From positions 1-63,081 of the IMG/VR virus record IMGVR_UViG_3300040810_000410: a DNA stretch of 63,081 nt; one strand, given 5' to 3'. Source of the stretch: a virus. Taxonomy: Duplodnaviria > Caudoviricetes. Below the pieces are notes generated by a model. That model had not been told where the DNA came from. It saw only the letters and a list, made by a program, of their open reading frames with translations, and searched no databases. Shown here piece by piece: positions 1 to 7,339 of the stretch. Both the position numbers and the translations under genes were made by a program. Numbering within the stretch: position 1 is the stretch's first letter; the number at the start of each line of letters is the position of its first letter.

Positions 1-127
1 TATACTTTCTTATCTGACATGATAGTCTCCTATGTTGTTAACTTAAGTATTCATAAGGTTACTTCTTCGTGTAAGCAGAATGAAATAAACTTATGAATAC
101 CTATTGACATTCATTAAAAAGTATGCT
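1..127. repeat. Terminal direct repeat identical to 62955-63081 (circular assembly overlap)
   Basis: The first 127 nt (TATACTTTCT...AAGTATGCT) match the last 127 nt exactly. 127 is a common assembler k-mer length, and an ORF reads across the junction. Confidence 0.95.
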
Positions 128-132
128 ATTGT
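104..132 (+). promoter_or_regulatory. sigma70-type promoter, antisense to the early genes
   Basis: TTGACA (104-109), 17 nt spacer, TATTGT (127-132) with an extended -10 TGn. Confidence 0.6.
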
Positions 133-182
133 TAATACCTATGTTAACATGGGTTTGAATCTAAGGATTCCCTAAAGCTTAT

Positions 183-205
183 TTACTATATGTATTATAA
201 ACATT
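183..205. repeat. 23-bp AT-rich element, exact inverted copy of 3839-3861
   Basis: TTACTATATGTATTATAAACATT is the reverse complement of AATGTTTATAATACATATAGTAA. Confidence 0.9.
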
Positions 206-234
206 AAGGAATACCTTAGTAATACCTATGTTAC

Positions 235-411
235 TTAGAAGTCTCTCTTATTGAATCTCTGAACCCCTCTGCTTTCCTCAACCTTGAATATCTTAGAGAA
301 TCCAAAGTCCTCAGGGTTATTCCAGATCTCCTGCTTATCAAGAGCTTCCATAGTTCTATTGCCTTTCTTATTGTTAGACAATAGTTTACCTGTGATTTCA
401 TAAGACTTCAT
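235..411 (-). CDS. Small hypothetical early protein, 58 aa (not in ORF track)
   Basis: ATG at 411 with GGAG RBS at 417-420; MKSYEITGKLLS...FNKRDF*; abuts the upstream gene. Confidence 0.6.
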   Translation of the reverse strand: MKSYEITGKLLSNNKKGNRTMEALDKQEIWNNPEDFGFSKIFKVEESRGVQRFNKRDF

Positions 412-419
412 AATAACTC

Positions 420-863
420 CTAGTGCTTAGGTGTGTTCGCTAGACGACCTGCTGCTTCCTTAAGGATGTGCTGTTGCATCACTTCGATATTCTCCGCTTC
501 AACTCCTGCTACCTGAACTAATGGTGACTCTTCCATTTGAAGTTTCATAAGGCACATACTAAATGCTTCATCATCGTGACTTACCTTCTTAATACTTGAA
601 GCCATCTCACGTAGTTCTGAGTCTAACTCTTGAGCACCTTCAGTAGCTAATAGAGAAAGGGTAGACATTTGGATCTGCTGCTTGATTTCCTCTGATGTTT
701 CATCCCCTTCAAGACCAAAGAGTACGAAAGAATCTGAAGTTACAACTAACAGAGTTTCTTTTGCATGGTAGAATTCTAAACCACCGTTGTTCGCTTCAAT
801 TAAAGCTGCTGTTGTTTGTAAGCCTAAAGTTTTAGCGATCATGTTTAAAGATTCAGTGTTCAT
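420..863 (-). CDS. Hypothetical early protein
   Basis: 147 aa ORF with AAGGA RBS, in a run of minus-strand genes. Confidence 0.8.
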   Translation of the reverse strand: MNTESLNMIAKTLGLQTTAALIEANNGGLEFYHAKETLLVVTSDSFVLFGLEGDETSEEIKQQIQMSTLSLLATEGAQELDSELREMASSIKKVSHDDEAFSMCLMKLQMEESPLVQVAGVEAENIEVMQQHILKEAAGRLANTPKH

Positions 864-935
864 AATGATTTCCTTTGTTTGGATTGAATAAATATCATAA
901 GTACATTCACTAAGGAATGCACCTAGTTATCTACT

Positions 936-1082
936 CTAGATAGCCGTAGAACGAAGAGAGCGCTTCACATTGGGACGATCGGTTACATGTGATACCGACA
1001 GTCCATTCATTGGATTGCACACCGCTGTGGTCTTTAAGTTGCGCTTACCTTTACGCTTGATTAATACGCTTACTGTTTTCAT
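936..1082 (-). CDS. Small basic protein, 48 aa (not in ORF track)
   Basis: GGAGA RBS then ATG at 1082; MKTVSVLIKRKGKRN...STAI*. Confidence 0.55.
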   Translation of the reverse strand: MKTVSVLIKRKGKRNLKTTAVCNPMNGLSVSHVTDRPNVKRSLRSTAI

Positions 1083-1142
1083 TAGGTGTTCTCCTTAGTT
1101 GCTTGTGCTAACTTGTAGATGGTACGTAGGTTGTAGTACCTG

Positions 1143-1343
1143 TTACCCTTGTATAAGAAAGTTTTCATGTTTAACCTTGTGATATGTGTAACCAATGAAG
1201 AAACCTAACACTAGTGTAGGCACAATGAAACCTAAGAAGTATACTGCTATACTCCATAGGATAAAGATTAGTATATACCAGAAGTAGAACTTAGCTAGGT
1301 TTGTAGTCTCCCATTTCCAGTCAGTAGATCTATTTGTATTCAT
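1143..1343 (-). CDS. Small membrane protein
   Basis: 66 aa with two hydrophobic segments; GGAGG RBS. Confidence 0.65.
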   Translation of the reverse strand: MNTNRSTDWKWETTNLAKFYFWYILIFILWSIAVYFLGFIVPTLVLGFFIGYTYHKVKHENFLIQG

Positions 1344-1623
1344 AGTAAGCTACCTCCCAATCATTCTTAGCATCCATATGGATAATATCTAATTCTTCAA
1401 ATAACGTTGGGATATATTGATTAGTACTCATACTAACCTTAGTAAGCATCCTTTCTAAGCTATCAATATCATAAGTAAACGATATGATTATTCCAGTTTC
1501 ACCGTTAAGCATCATCAGTGTATCACTTGATTTACTACGAGCTACAAAGATCATACCAGCCTTAAACATAGACTTGACTGAAGTTAACGAATGGTTTTTA
1601 GAAGTTGTGATTTGCATTGGCAT
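1330..1623 (-). CDS. Hypothetical protein (probable start 1623, MPMQITT)
   Basis: GGAG RBS precedes the ATG at 1623; the ORF-track start at 1707 overlaps another small ORF. Confidence 0.65.
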   Translation of the reverse strand: MPMQITTSKNHSLTSVKSMFKAGMIFVARSKSSDTLMMLNGETGIIISFTYDIDSLERMLTKVSMSTNQYIPTLFEELDIIHMDAKNDWEVAYYEYK

Positions 1624-1624
1624 G

Positions 1625-1723
1625 TTATTTACTCCGAGCGCCCTTTGCTTGAGCACTATTTGATTTACGTTTGTTTTTCTTTTGATTACGCTTGGAGCTA
1701 GAGGCATAGATCCCCTGCTCCAT
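1625..1723 (-). CDS. Very small basic peptide, 32 aa
   Basis: GGAGA RBS, ATG at 1723; MEQGIYASSSKRNQKKNKRKSNSAQAKGARSK*. Confidence 0.4.
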   Translation of the reverse strand: MEQGIYASSSKRNQKKNKRKSNSAQAKGARSK

Positions 1724-1758
1724 GATTCTCCAAGTACCGCTCATCCCTTGGATTAGTC

Positions 1759-2262
1759 CTATGCTGCTTTCGATTTAGTAACAGCTAAGTCAACCACTTT
1801 CATTAGTTGATCCTTAGTGATACCTTCGTTCTTCATAAGGTTAGCCATTTGAGTTGCTAAACTTGCTGACTTCTTAGTCCAATCGAATTCAATCTCAACT
1901 TTGATAGACGGATGATCCAATAGAGAACCTAATGCTAAAGCAGTGAATGCCTTAACTTCCTGTCTTGCTTTAAGTTTCAACTTCTTGGTTAACTCAACAT
2001 TTGTCACCTTGAACTTAGTCTTAGCACTACCTTTGATTTGTACAGGTACAATTGACGGTAGTATCTTGCGGAATACTGTTTGTAAACGTGGTGTACGTTT
2101 CATTGCATTAAGGAAGAACTCAAGGTTATTAGGACTAAAGCTATCCTTACCAATGTATTCAGCTAGTGTTAACTCGACTTGCTCAACGACACCGCGAGCA
2201 CCAGCCTTAAAGTTAGCAATTGCATTTACTTGAGCTTGTTGACGTGCATTTAATGTAGGCAT
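1759..2262 (-). CDS. First early gene; basic hypothetical protein
   Basis: 167 aa, Lys-rich, AAGGA RBS; first ORF downstream of the leftward promoter array. Confidence 0.85.
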   Translation of the reverse strand: MPTLNARQQAQVNAIANFKAGARGVVEQVELTLAEYIGKDSFSPNNLEFFLNAMKRTPRLQTVFRKILPSIVPVQIKGSAKTKFKVTNVELTKKLKLKARQEVKAFTALALGSLLDHPSIKVEIEFDWTKKSASLATQMANLMKNEGITKDQLMKVVDLAVTKSKAA

Positions 2263-2333
2263 AATGTTATCCTTTTGTTTTACGTTTGGTTAATGTTTAA
2301 TGATAGATACTCTAAGGAATACCCATCAGTAAA

Positions 2334-2366
2334 GAGTGGTACTACATCGCGCCCCACTCAAGGCGC
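2334..2366 (-). other. Predicted H-type RNA pseudoknot
   Basis: Minus strand reads GCGCC-TT-GAGTGG-GGCGC-GATGTAGTA-CCACTC (S1 5 bp, L1 2 nt, S2 6 bp, L3 9 nt). Confidence 0.55.
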
Positions 2367-2800
2367 AATATCAAGGCTTAGTCGCTTATAGGTAGTGACT
2401 GTTGTGATTAATAATCCTGAAGCCTTACCTTTCGTTCAGCTAAGTTTATTCGTCAGAATTCCATAGGATACTTGATTAGCAAGCAGAGGATTAATAACAC
2501 GCAAGTATAACCTAAAATTGATTATCCTTGATGTTAACAGATAGAGGAGTGCTAGTTGTAGCTAGTGAATGACCTTTAAACGCCCATCTGTTTCCGAGCT
2601 GGATTCATGCAAGGTCTAGTCTCATGCTAAACCGAGAATCCTACTCATAACGAACAGGTTGCGAATGGAGAAGTGGTTACTGTTAATTCAGACGGATTCC
2701 TCGATATACGAGTGTATCCCCACCATTGGCTATGTTATCCTGCCGTCAACTGTTTTAGTGCCTAACATTGGCTGTCAATAGCTTAGAGTGCTATCGCAAG
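2367..2800 (+). ncRNA. Candidate structured non-coding RNA
   Basis: No ORF of 60 aa or more; many nested helices, several with G-U pairs that form only on the + strand. Confidence 0.35.
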
Positions 2801-2832
2801 GGCGTCGTTGAACTCCCCAACTCATGCTGCAT

Positions 2833-3264
2833 ATGTTATCGACTCTGCTTGTCGTTGTCAACCTTTTGTTTTCAGTCAGTATCAAGTGGTTAACTCTGAC
2901 CAGCTTGCGACAAATGATTACATAAGTTATTCATCTTGTCAACCGTTGATTATCATCTAGCAATATCTAGCCTCTCAAGCGGTGTTATCAGTAGGTTACG
3001 TGTGTTTTAACGTCTTTATCAATGACTGGTCACCCTGACAACGTGACAAATGATTACATAAAGCATTCATCATGTCAACTAAATGTTTACCCTAAGGTAA
3101 TCAAAGGACAATCTCGTACTGCCCCGTTGACGATTGCCATTAGAACACCATTGAATTATCAAGTCAACAATTAATTTCATAAGTTTACAGTGGTCAGACC
3201 AGATACCATAGTACACCTAATACTACTAATAGTCTGACGTAGCACAGTGTAAAACCAGTGTCAA
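2833..3264 (-). promoter_or_regulatory. Tandem array of leftward sigma70-type early promoters
   Basis: TTGACA-17-TAACAT (2861-2833); two TTGACA-17-AATCAT with extended -10 TG (2942-2914 and 3078-3050, within a 35-bp duplication at 31/35 identity); TTGACT-17-TCTAAT (3167-3139); weaker TTGACA-17-TACGTC (3264-3236). Confidence 0.75.
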
Positions 3265-3267
3265 CCC

Positions 3268-3338
3268 TGTGGATATGTGGATAGATTATAGGTAGTTCAC
3301 CGCTAGCCAGTGTAAACAGTGGGATGCCCTGTGGATAA
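3268..3338. promoter_or_regulatory. DnaA-box cluster
   Basis: Perfect TGTGGATAA (= TTATCCACA) at 3330-3338; one-mismatch copies at 3268-3276 and 3276-3284. Confidence 0.5.
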
Positions 3339-3480
3339 CTATAGTAAACAAGTGTATACAAGTGACTGTAACATTAGTGTGGTAGTAGTGTTGACAAGGG
3401 GGATCTAGTGTGGTACTTGAGGAATCTAGTGATTAACACAAGCCTCCCCATGCTGTCAATAGTCTCCCACAAGATAACCA

Positions 3481-3569
3481 GAGGTCAGACCAGTGCCCTC
3501 TGTAAACCATATGATACACCCATGGAGGTCAGAGGTCAGACCATCGGAGGTCAGAGGTCAGACCAGTGG
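3481..3569. repeat. GAGGTCAGA short-repeat cluster
   Basis: Five GAGGTCAGA copies (3481, 3525, 3532, 3547, 3554); 20-bp GGAGGTCAGAGGTCAGACCA at 3524 and 3546. Confidence 0.85.
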
Positions 3570-3765
3570 AAACCGAAGGGACAGTGGGGGTACTCTCGTT
3601 TACGTAGTCCAGCCCCATGTAAAACTAGTGATTCCAAGTGTCCACTAGTGACATTCCCCTTACCTTTCATAGGGTTAACATATGTAGAGCAGAGGGAATT
3701 AGAGGCCTTATGATGATATCGGTTAAGTCCTGCCCAGCGTTATACTAAAATATTCTAAAGAACTA

Positions 3766-3795
3766 TTGACTTTCATGGCGGTTATATGCTAGTAT
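3766..3795 (+). promoter_or_regulatory. sigma70-type promoter
   Basis: TTGACT-18-TAGTAT with extended -10 TG. Confidence 0.55.
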
Positions 3796-3838
3796 AAGGT
3801 TTCCTAAGGAATACAAGGGAAACGCAAAGGAAATACCA

Positions 3839-3861
3839 AATGTTTATAATACATATAGTAA
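3839..3861. repeat. 23-bp AT-rich element, exact inverted copy of 183-205
   Basis: Direct sequence comparison. Confidence 0.9.
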
Positions 3862-4015
3862 TTAATCATTAAGAAGTTCCCTTGGAATACTTTAGTATAC
3901 CTAATAGTTATAATTCATTCTGCTTATACCTTATGGTTACCTAGGGAGACCTTTCCTTAGGTATGCATCTTTCTGCTTTATCAGATGGTTTCCTAAGAAA
4001 TACTTAAGAAAGTTC

Positions 4016-4044
4016 TTGACAAAGTTTGCATCCTCTGCTATAGT
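4016..4044 (+). promoter_or_regulatory. sigma70-type promoter for the sigma-factor gene
   Basis: TTGACA-17-TATAGT with extended -10 TG, about 30 nt before the ATG at 4075. Confidence 0.8.
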
Positions 4045-4074
4045 CCAGCTAATTCAACTTCAAAAGGACTTATT

Positions 4075-4623
4075 ATGCATATTTCAACTATTACCACTGC
4101 CGACATCATCCCTGAAGCAACACGAGCAATCGAACGCTACACCAAAAGACGTGATCCAAACGTCACCATGTTTAAATACGACACCCATATTACTGTAGAT
4201 GACCTGATTATGGACACAGTAGAGAAGGTAGTCAAAGCAAACCCAACGTACCTTACGAAATCTTACGTCTGGCTAGCAGCTAAATCAGTTTGTATTAACC
4301 GTACACAGAAGAAGAAGCTAGATACTGTTCCAATGTTACCTGCGTTTGAACTAGAAGACGGGGTTAGTACTCCACTAGAAGAAGAGATTCCTGCGGATAC
4401 TTACGATTACCTACAGGATCTAGCGGAATACCTTACAGATTCTCTTGATAAAGAGTCTAATGAACTAATTAAGCTACTACTTACCGGTAAGATGTACGTA
4501 GAAATAGCAGAAGATCTAGGGATTTCCCTTAGAACACTAGAGAGAAAAGTACATGAACTTAAATGGAAGATGGAATACTTGTTAACTGAAGTAGATCCTA
4601 CAGAAAATCCATTAGTATTCTAA
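4075..4623 (+). CDS. Phage-encoded RNA polymerase sigma-factor-like protein (ECF size)
   Basis: 182 aa; region-2-like DDLIMD...SYVWLAAKSVCIN and region-4 HTH YVEIAEDLGISLRTLERKVHELK. Confidence 0.7.
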   Translation: MHISTITTADIIPEATRAIERYTKRRDPNVTMFKYDTHITVDDLIMDTVEKVVKANPTYLTKSYVWLAAKSVCINRTQKKKLDTVPMLPAFELEDGVSTPLEEEIPADTYDYLQDLAEYLTDSLDKESNELIKLLLTGKMYVEIAEDLGISLRTLERKVHELKWKMEYLLTEVDPTENPLVF

Positions 4624-4625
4624 AG

Positions 4626-4651
4626 AAGGCTGCCTTATGGCGGCTTTTTTT
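4626..4651 (+). terminator. Rho-independent terminator
   Basis: AAGGCTGCC-TTAT-GGCGGCTTT followed by a T-run. Confidence 0.85.
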
Positions 4652-4701
4652 ATGTCTGGTGGTTTATACTACCTATATTTCAACCAACATAAGGAATTAT
4701 T

Positions 4702-5097
4702 ATGAATTTAACTGAGAAAGAGGAACTATTCCTAGCGTACCTAGAGAATGCTCCTTCCGTAGCTTCTGTTGCACGTCAAATGGACATTCCAACTAGTACT
4801 GCTTACCAGATGTATGGAAAACTTAAAGATGTAATCATTGATCGTGCCCGTGCTAACCTAGCCATGGGTGCACTTAAGGCTTCTAGGACTGCTCTTGAGA
4901 TGATGGATGCTGATGCTAGTACCGAGAAAGGTGAATTACGCTTATCTGCTGCTGAGAAAGTAATGGATCGTGTAGGTTTAACTAAGCATACAAACGTTGA
5001 AGTTTCTATTGAAGCTGAGAATGGTTTATTCATCCTGCCTACTAAAGTCCCTCTGGCTGCCGTAGAGGCTTCTGACGACGATTTAGCTGACGAATAA
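4702..5097 (+). CDS. Putative terminase small subunit
   Basis: N-terminal HTH (SVASVARQMDIPTSTAYQ), RLSAAEKVMDRVG helix and C-terminal LFILP strand; sits directly before TerL. Confidence 0.65.
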   Translation: MNLTEKEELFLAYLENAPSVASVARQMDIPTSTAYQMYGKLKDVIIDRARANLAMGALKASRTALEMMDADASTEKGELRLSAAEKVMDRVGLTKHTNVEVSIEAENGLFILPTKVPLAAVEASDDDLADE

Positions 5098-5178
5098 CCC
5101 AATGGTACCACTGGTCCACTGAAGTCCTCTCTACGGGCTTCTCTGGGCCTCTAATCACTATATCCTAAAGGAGGACCC

Positions 5179-7227
5179 ATGAAGTTCTTGGATACCCTTA
5201 AAACCTTCGGGCATGATTCCCTAGGTTACCCCTCAGAGAAAACACTAAAGATGATGTATGAGTTATCCCCTAACTTAGATAAGGAAATGGAGGATGCTTT
5301 GTATGTACCTTTCAAGAGTATTAAAGCTCCCTTACATCATGAGAAGAGAGATGATGGATTATTCGTAGCCATCCCTGAGAAATACGTACCTTACCTTCAA
5401 GCTATGGTGCAGAGTCGCTATAGTAAAGCATATAGTGTAGCAGAAGCTATTACTAAATTAGAGGGACTTGGGTACAACATTAGCTCCAAAGGTCAAGTGT
5501 CTAACATTTGGAACCGAGGTGAGACTAAATTAAAACTAAAAGATAAGACCAGAAGTGCTGCTAAGGATTCCCGAGCACGTGTAGCAGAAGCTAAGAAAGA
5601 AGGGAAGGCCAATAAGAAGACAGTAACTGAGGCACGCAAGAAGCAACTTGCTGATGCACGTAAGATTGCTCAAGAGAAAAGATTAATTGCTAAGCTTAAG
5701 AAGGAAGAGGAGCTAGCGAAACGTAGGTTAGCTACAGTAGCTGCCAAGAGTGGTAAGACTGCTAAAGATGTGATGGCAGAGAAAGAGGAGACTAAGGCTG
5801 CCCAAGGTAACATTAAGCAGTCCCACGATAATCTAGAGGAAGCCAAACGTAAAGTAGAGGAAACTGGTAAGAAGGTACTGTATGCACCAACACCTAAGCA
5901 AGCTGAGTTCCATGCTGCAGATGAAGACATTGTGTTGTACGGCGGTGCTGCTGGTGGTGGTAAGTCCTATGCTATGCTTGTTGATGCACTAAGATATTGT
6001 GCTGAGGAAGACTATAGAGGCTTAATCATTCGACGTACGAGTCCTATGCTTAAAGAATTGATAGGTGTTAGTAGGTCATTGTATCCTAAGGCATTTCCTG
6101 GGGCTAAGTACAATAAAGCTGAGAATATGTGGTATTTCCCTAGTGGTGCTACGATCCAGTTTGGTTACCTAGATAAACCAGAAGACTTAGATAACTACCA
6201 AGGTTTACCGTACAGTTACATAGGATTCGATGAGATTCAACATCAAAGGTCAGACGAGGGGTTCACATACCTAATGTCTCGTCTTCGTTCTGCTAATCCT
6301 AACATCAAGTGTTACATAAGAGCCTCTGCAAACCCTGGGGGTGCACCTTGGGTTAAGGAAACATTCATTGATCCAGCAGAACCAAACACTACGTTTTACA
6401 GGAATGGTATTAGTTACCGTTTTATCCCTGCGAACCTAAGTGATAACCCTTACCTAGATACACCTCAGGAAGGGGAAGAGATGTCTCCGTACCGTAAGAT
6501 GCTTATGGCTTTACCTGAAGTTAAACGTAAGCAATTACTTGAAGGTGACTGGATGGCTGGTGAAGATAGTATGTTTGCATTCAGTCCTTTAGTTCATGTA
6601 ACAGATGAATTACCTCCGTTACACTGGGCTGTAGTGAATGGACTTGACTATGGTTATACTGACCCTGCGGCTTCCTTATGGGCAGCCATGGATCCAAATA
6701 GTAATAAGATGGTTATCTATAGTGAACTAGAGTTAATCGGAGAGGTACACGAGGAGTGGGCTAAGAAGGTCAAAGAGCACGAAGGTTACCTACCTCAAGG
6801 TGTAGACAGAGTTATTGACCATTCAGTATTTAACTCCACAGGTCACACAGGGCCTGGGGTTCGGGAGAAGATCTCTAGGTTCGGTTTGTTCCCTAAGCCT
6901 GCTGATAGGAACCGTGAGGCTGGATGGAACCAAATACATGATAGACTTATAGTTGATCCTGTGTCGGGGGAACCAAACCTCCTTGTTCATAGCTCGTGTG
7001 TTAAGCTTATCGATCAGATCTTGTCTGCCAAGCGTAACGAGAAGAAACCAGATGACATTGATGATAAACGTATTAAAACTAGAGGACGTACACATCACTG
7101 GGATTTACTCGATGTTCTCCGTTATATATGTATGGCTCGTCCTCAGAAGATGACTGTACAGGAACGTGCTATGGCTCACAAGACGGAAGCCCAAGGTTTC
7201 GCTAGGTATCGAGGCTATTTCCAATAA
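5179..7227 (+). CDS. terL: Terminase large subunit with a long N-terminal extension
   Basis: PTPKQ adenine-binding motif, Walker A GGAAGGGKS, Walker B YIGFDE, coupling motif SANPGG, nuclease GLDYGYTDP. Confidence 0.95.
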   Translation: MKFLDTLKTFGHDSLGYPSEKTLKMMYELSPNLDKEMEDALYVPFKSIKAPLHHEKRDDGLFVAIPEKYVPYLQAMVQSRYSKAYSVAEAITKLEGLGYNISSKGQVSNIWNRGETKLKLKDKTRSAAKDSRARVAEAKKEGKANKKTVTEARKKQLADARKIAQEKRLIAKLKKEEELAKRRLATVAAKSGKTAKDVMAEKEETKAAQGNIKQSHDNLEEAKRKVEETGKKVLYAPTPKQAEFHAADEDIVLYGGAAGGGKSYAMLVDALRYCAEEDYRGLIIRRTSPMLKELIGVSRSLYPKAFPGAKYNKAENMWYFPSGATIQFGYLDKPEDLDNYQGLPYSYIGFDEIQHQRSDEGFTYLMSRLRSANPNIKCYIRASANPGGAPWVKETFIDPAEPNTTFYRNGISYRFIPANLSDNPYLDTPQEGEEMSPYRKMLMALPEVKRKQLLEGDWMAGEDSMFAFSPLVHVTDELPPLHWAVVNGLDYGYTDPAASLWAAMDPNSNKMVIYSELELIGEVHEEWAKKVKEHEGYLPQGVDRVIDHSVFNSTGHTGPGVREKISRFGLFPKPADRNREAGWNQIHDRLIVDPVSGEPNLLVHSSCVKLIDQILSAKRNEKKPDDIDDKRIKTRGRTHHWDLLDVLRYICMARPQKMTVQERAMAHKTEAQGFARYRGYFQ

Positions 7228-7233
7228 TCGCCC

Positions 7234-7245
7234 TAAGGAGGTGAT
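7234..7245 (+). promoter_or_regulatory. Orphan perfect Shine-Dalgarno sequence
   Basis: TAAGGAGGTGAT is fully complementary to the 16S rRNA 3' end; no ATG follows at normal spacing. Confidence 0.5.
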
Positions 7246-7339
7246 TGTATCTCGCAGTCGGGGTCAACCTGCGTAATCAAAACAACATCCCTCAGCTATG
7301 CAATGTAGCACTAAGCTAATTTAATTAATAGGAGAAATC

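Noticed and set aside
1-127. 127-bp terminal repeat as the biological direct terminal repeat
   Set aside because: The length equals a common assembler k-mer and it cuts through an ORF; the real termini are more likely near 3.2-3.7 kb.
3481-3569. Mini-CRISPR array, or the 101-aa ORF at 3408-3713
   Set aside because: The repeats are too short and irregular for CRISPR; the ORF has a poor start context and merely translates the repeats.
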